DNA of 64,000 nt from Daphnia carinata (Eukaryota): assembly GCF_022539665.2 (NCBI RefSeq), contig NC_081333.1, forward strand, positions 124,001-188,000, read 5' to 3'. The notes below the pieces were generated by a model. The model was not told the origin of the DNA. It saw only the letters and a list, made by a program, of their open reading frames with translations, and did no database searches. Each line of letters begins with the position of its first letter. Position 1 is the stretch's first letter. Below, one piece after another: positions 62,275-64,000 of the stretch. A program made the translations under genes and the position numbers.

Positions 62275-64000
62275 ATAGCCTTCTCACTTTTGTTAAAATC
62301 AGCAAAACATAAAATCTCATGAAATTGCATTAAACTCCACCAAAATAACCGGTATTGAACGCTGATTCAGAATATAGCATTAGTTTTTCGATTAGTGGTG
62401 CGGTTTGTGAATAAAACGCAATTAAAGTGATTTTTGTTTGTTTATCGTCGCGGGCACCATCTATTAGCGGAAGTATGATCAAAATAAGCTTCGATGCTGG
62501 AAATGTCAATAAAACTGGGATAAGTAACAAACTATAAGTCGCACATAATAAACATATTGGTTTTCATGATCCTCATTAAATTCTCAATCACAACCATGTA
62601 TTTAAAAGAATTTCTAAATTTTCGACAAAACTGAAAAAGTAGGAAGGCTATAGCCTTCTCACTTTTGTTAAAATCAGCAAAACATAAAATCTCATGAAAT
62701 TGGATTAAACTCCACAAAAAATAACCGGCATTGAACGCTGATTCAGAATATAGCATTAGTTTTTCGATTAGTGGTGTGGTTTCTGAATGAAACGCAATTA
62801 AAGTGATTTTTGTTTGTTTACCGTCGCGGGCACCATCTATTAGCGGAAGTATGATCAAAATAAGCTTCGATGCTGGAAATGTCAATAAAACTGGGATAAG
62901 TAACAAACTATAAGTCGAACATAATAACAATATTGGTTTTCATGATCCTCATTAAATTCTCAATCAAAACCAGGTATTTAAAAGGATTTATAAATTTTTG
63001 CCAAAACTGAAAAAGTAGGAAGGCTATAGCCTTCTCACTTTTGTTAAAATCAGCAAAACATAAAATCTCATGAAATTGGATTAAACTCCACAAAAAATAA
63101 CCGGCATTGAACGCTGATTCAGAATATAGCATTAGTTTTTCGATTAGTGGTGTGGTTTCTGAATGAAACGCAATTAAAGTGATTTTTGTTTGTTTACCGT
63201 CGCGGGCACCATCTATTAGCGGAAGTATGATCAAAATAAGCTTCGATGCTGGAAATGTCAATAAAACTGGGATAAGTAACAAACTATAAGTCGAACATAA
63301 TAACAATATTGGTTTTCATGATCCTCATTAAATTCTCAATCAAAACCAGGTATTTAAAAGGATTTCTAAATTTTTGCCAAAACTGAAAAAGTAGGAAGGC
63401 TATAGCCTTCTCACTTTTGTTAAAATCAGCAAAACATAAAATCTCATGAAATTGGATTAAACTCCACCAAAAATAACCGGCATTGAACGCTGATTCAGAA
63501 TATAGCATTAGTTTTTCGATTAGTGGTGCGGTTTGTGAATAAAACGCAATTAAAGGGATTTTTGTTTGTTTACCGCCGCCACCGCCATCTATTCGCGGAA
63601 ATATGATACTTATAAGCTGCGATGCTGAAAATGTCAATAAAACTGGGATAAGTAACAAACTATAAGTCGCACATAATAACAATATTGGTTTTCATGATCC
63701 TCATTAAATTCTCAATCAAAACCAGGTATTTAAAAGGATTTCTAAATTTTTGCAAAAACTGAAAAAGTAGGAAGGCTATAGCCTTCTCACTTTTGTTAAA
63801 ATCAGCAAAACATAAAATCTCATGAAATTGGATTAAACTCCACAAAAAAATAACCGGCATTGAACGCTGATTCAGAATATAGCATTAGTTTTTCGATTAG
63901 TGGTGTGGTTTCTGAATAAAACGCAATTAAAGTGATTTTTATTTGTTTACCGTCGCGGGCACCATCTATTAGCGGAAGTATGATCAAAATAAGCTTCGAT
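62275..64000. repeat. 376-bp tandem array (runs off the window), related to the 14-21 kb transposon-like family
   Basis: AGGAAGGCTATAGCCTTCTCACTTTTG at 62641, 63017, 63393 and 63769 (period 376). The first unit is shortened. Units are nearly identical. Confidence 0.95.

Noticed and set aside
62330..63860. Repeated 132-aa minus-strand ORFs
   Set aside because: They follow from the 376-bp period (not a multiple of 3), overlap each other, show no domain signature and have non-ATG or arbitrary starts.

Overview
Eukaryotic, AT-rich genomic DNA with many 55-90 nt introns. Gene families and intron sizes point to a cladoceran crustacean (Daphnia-like); this is inference. In order: (1) the 3' half of CPT1, with a pair of mutually exclusive exons right after the catalytic His; (2) otopetrin proton-channel gene A; (3) a ~7 kb nested DNA-transposon-like repeat complex with palindromic motifs, tRNA-like cassettes and decayed coding remnants; (4) a minus-strand pseudokinase-kinase-WD40 gene; (5) a secreted acidic KR-cleaved precursor with four SSEE motifs and an RGD; (6) a GT31 galactosyltransferase-like gene lacking catalytic motifs; (7) a satellite whose invariant core reads YYTEAPKYYTTK; (8) a fibrinogen/Caspr-like + C1q secreted protein; (9) otopetrin paralog B with the same exon structure as A; (10) an LTR-like duplication with pseudoknot-type complementarity; (11) two paralogous Gly/Tyr-rich prepropeptide genes; (12) a 376-bp tandem array related to the transposon complex. 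Exon boundaries were read by eye from GT/AG sites and frame continuity. No database searches were run.
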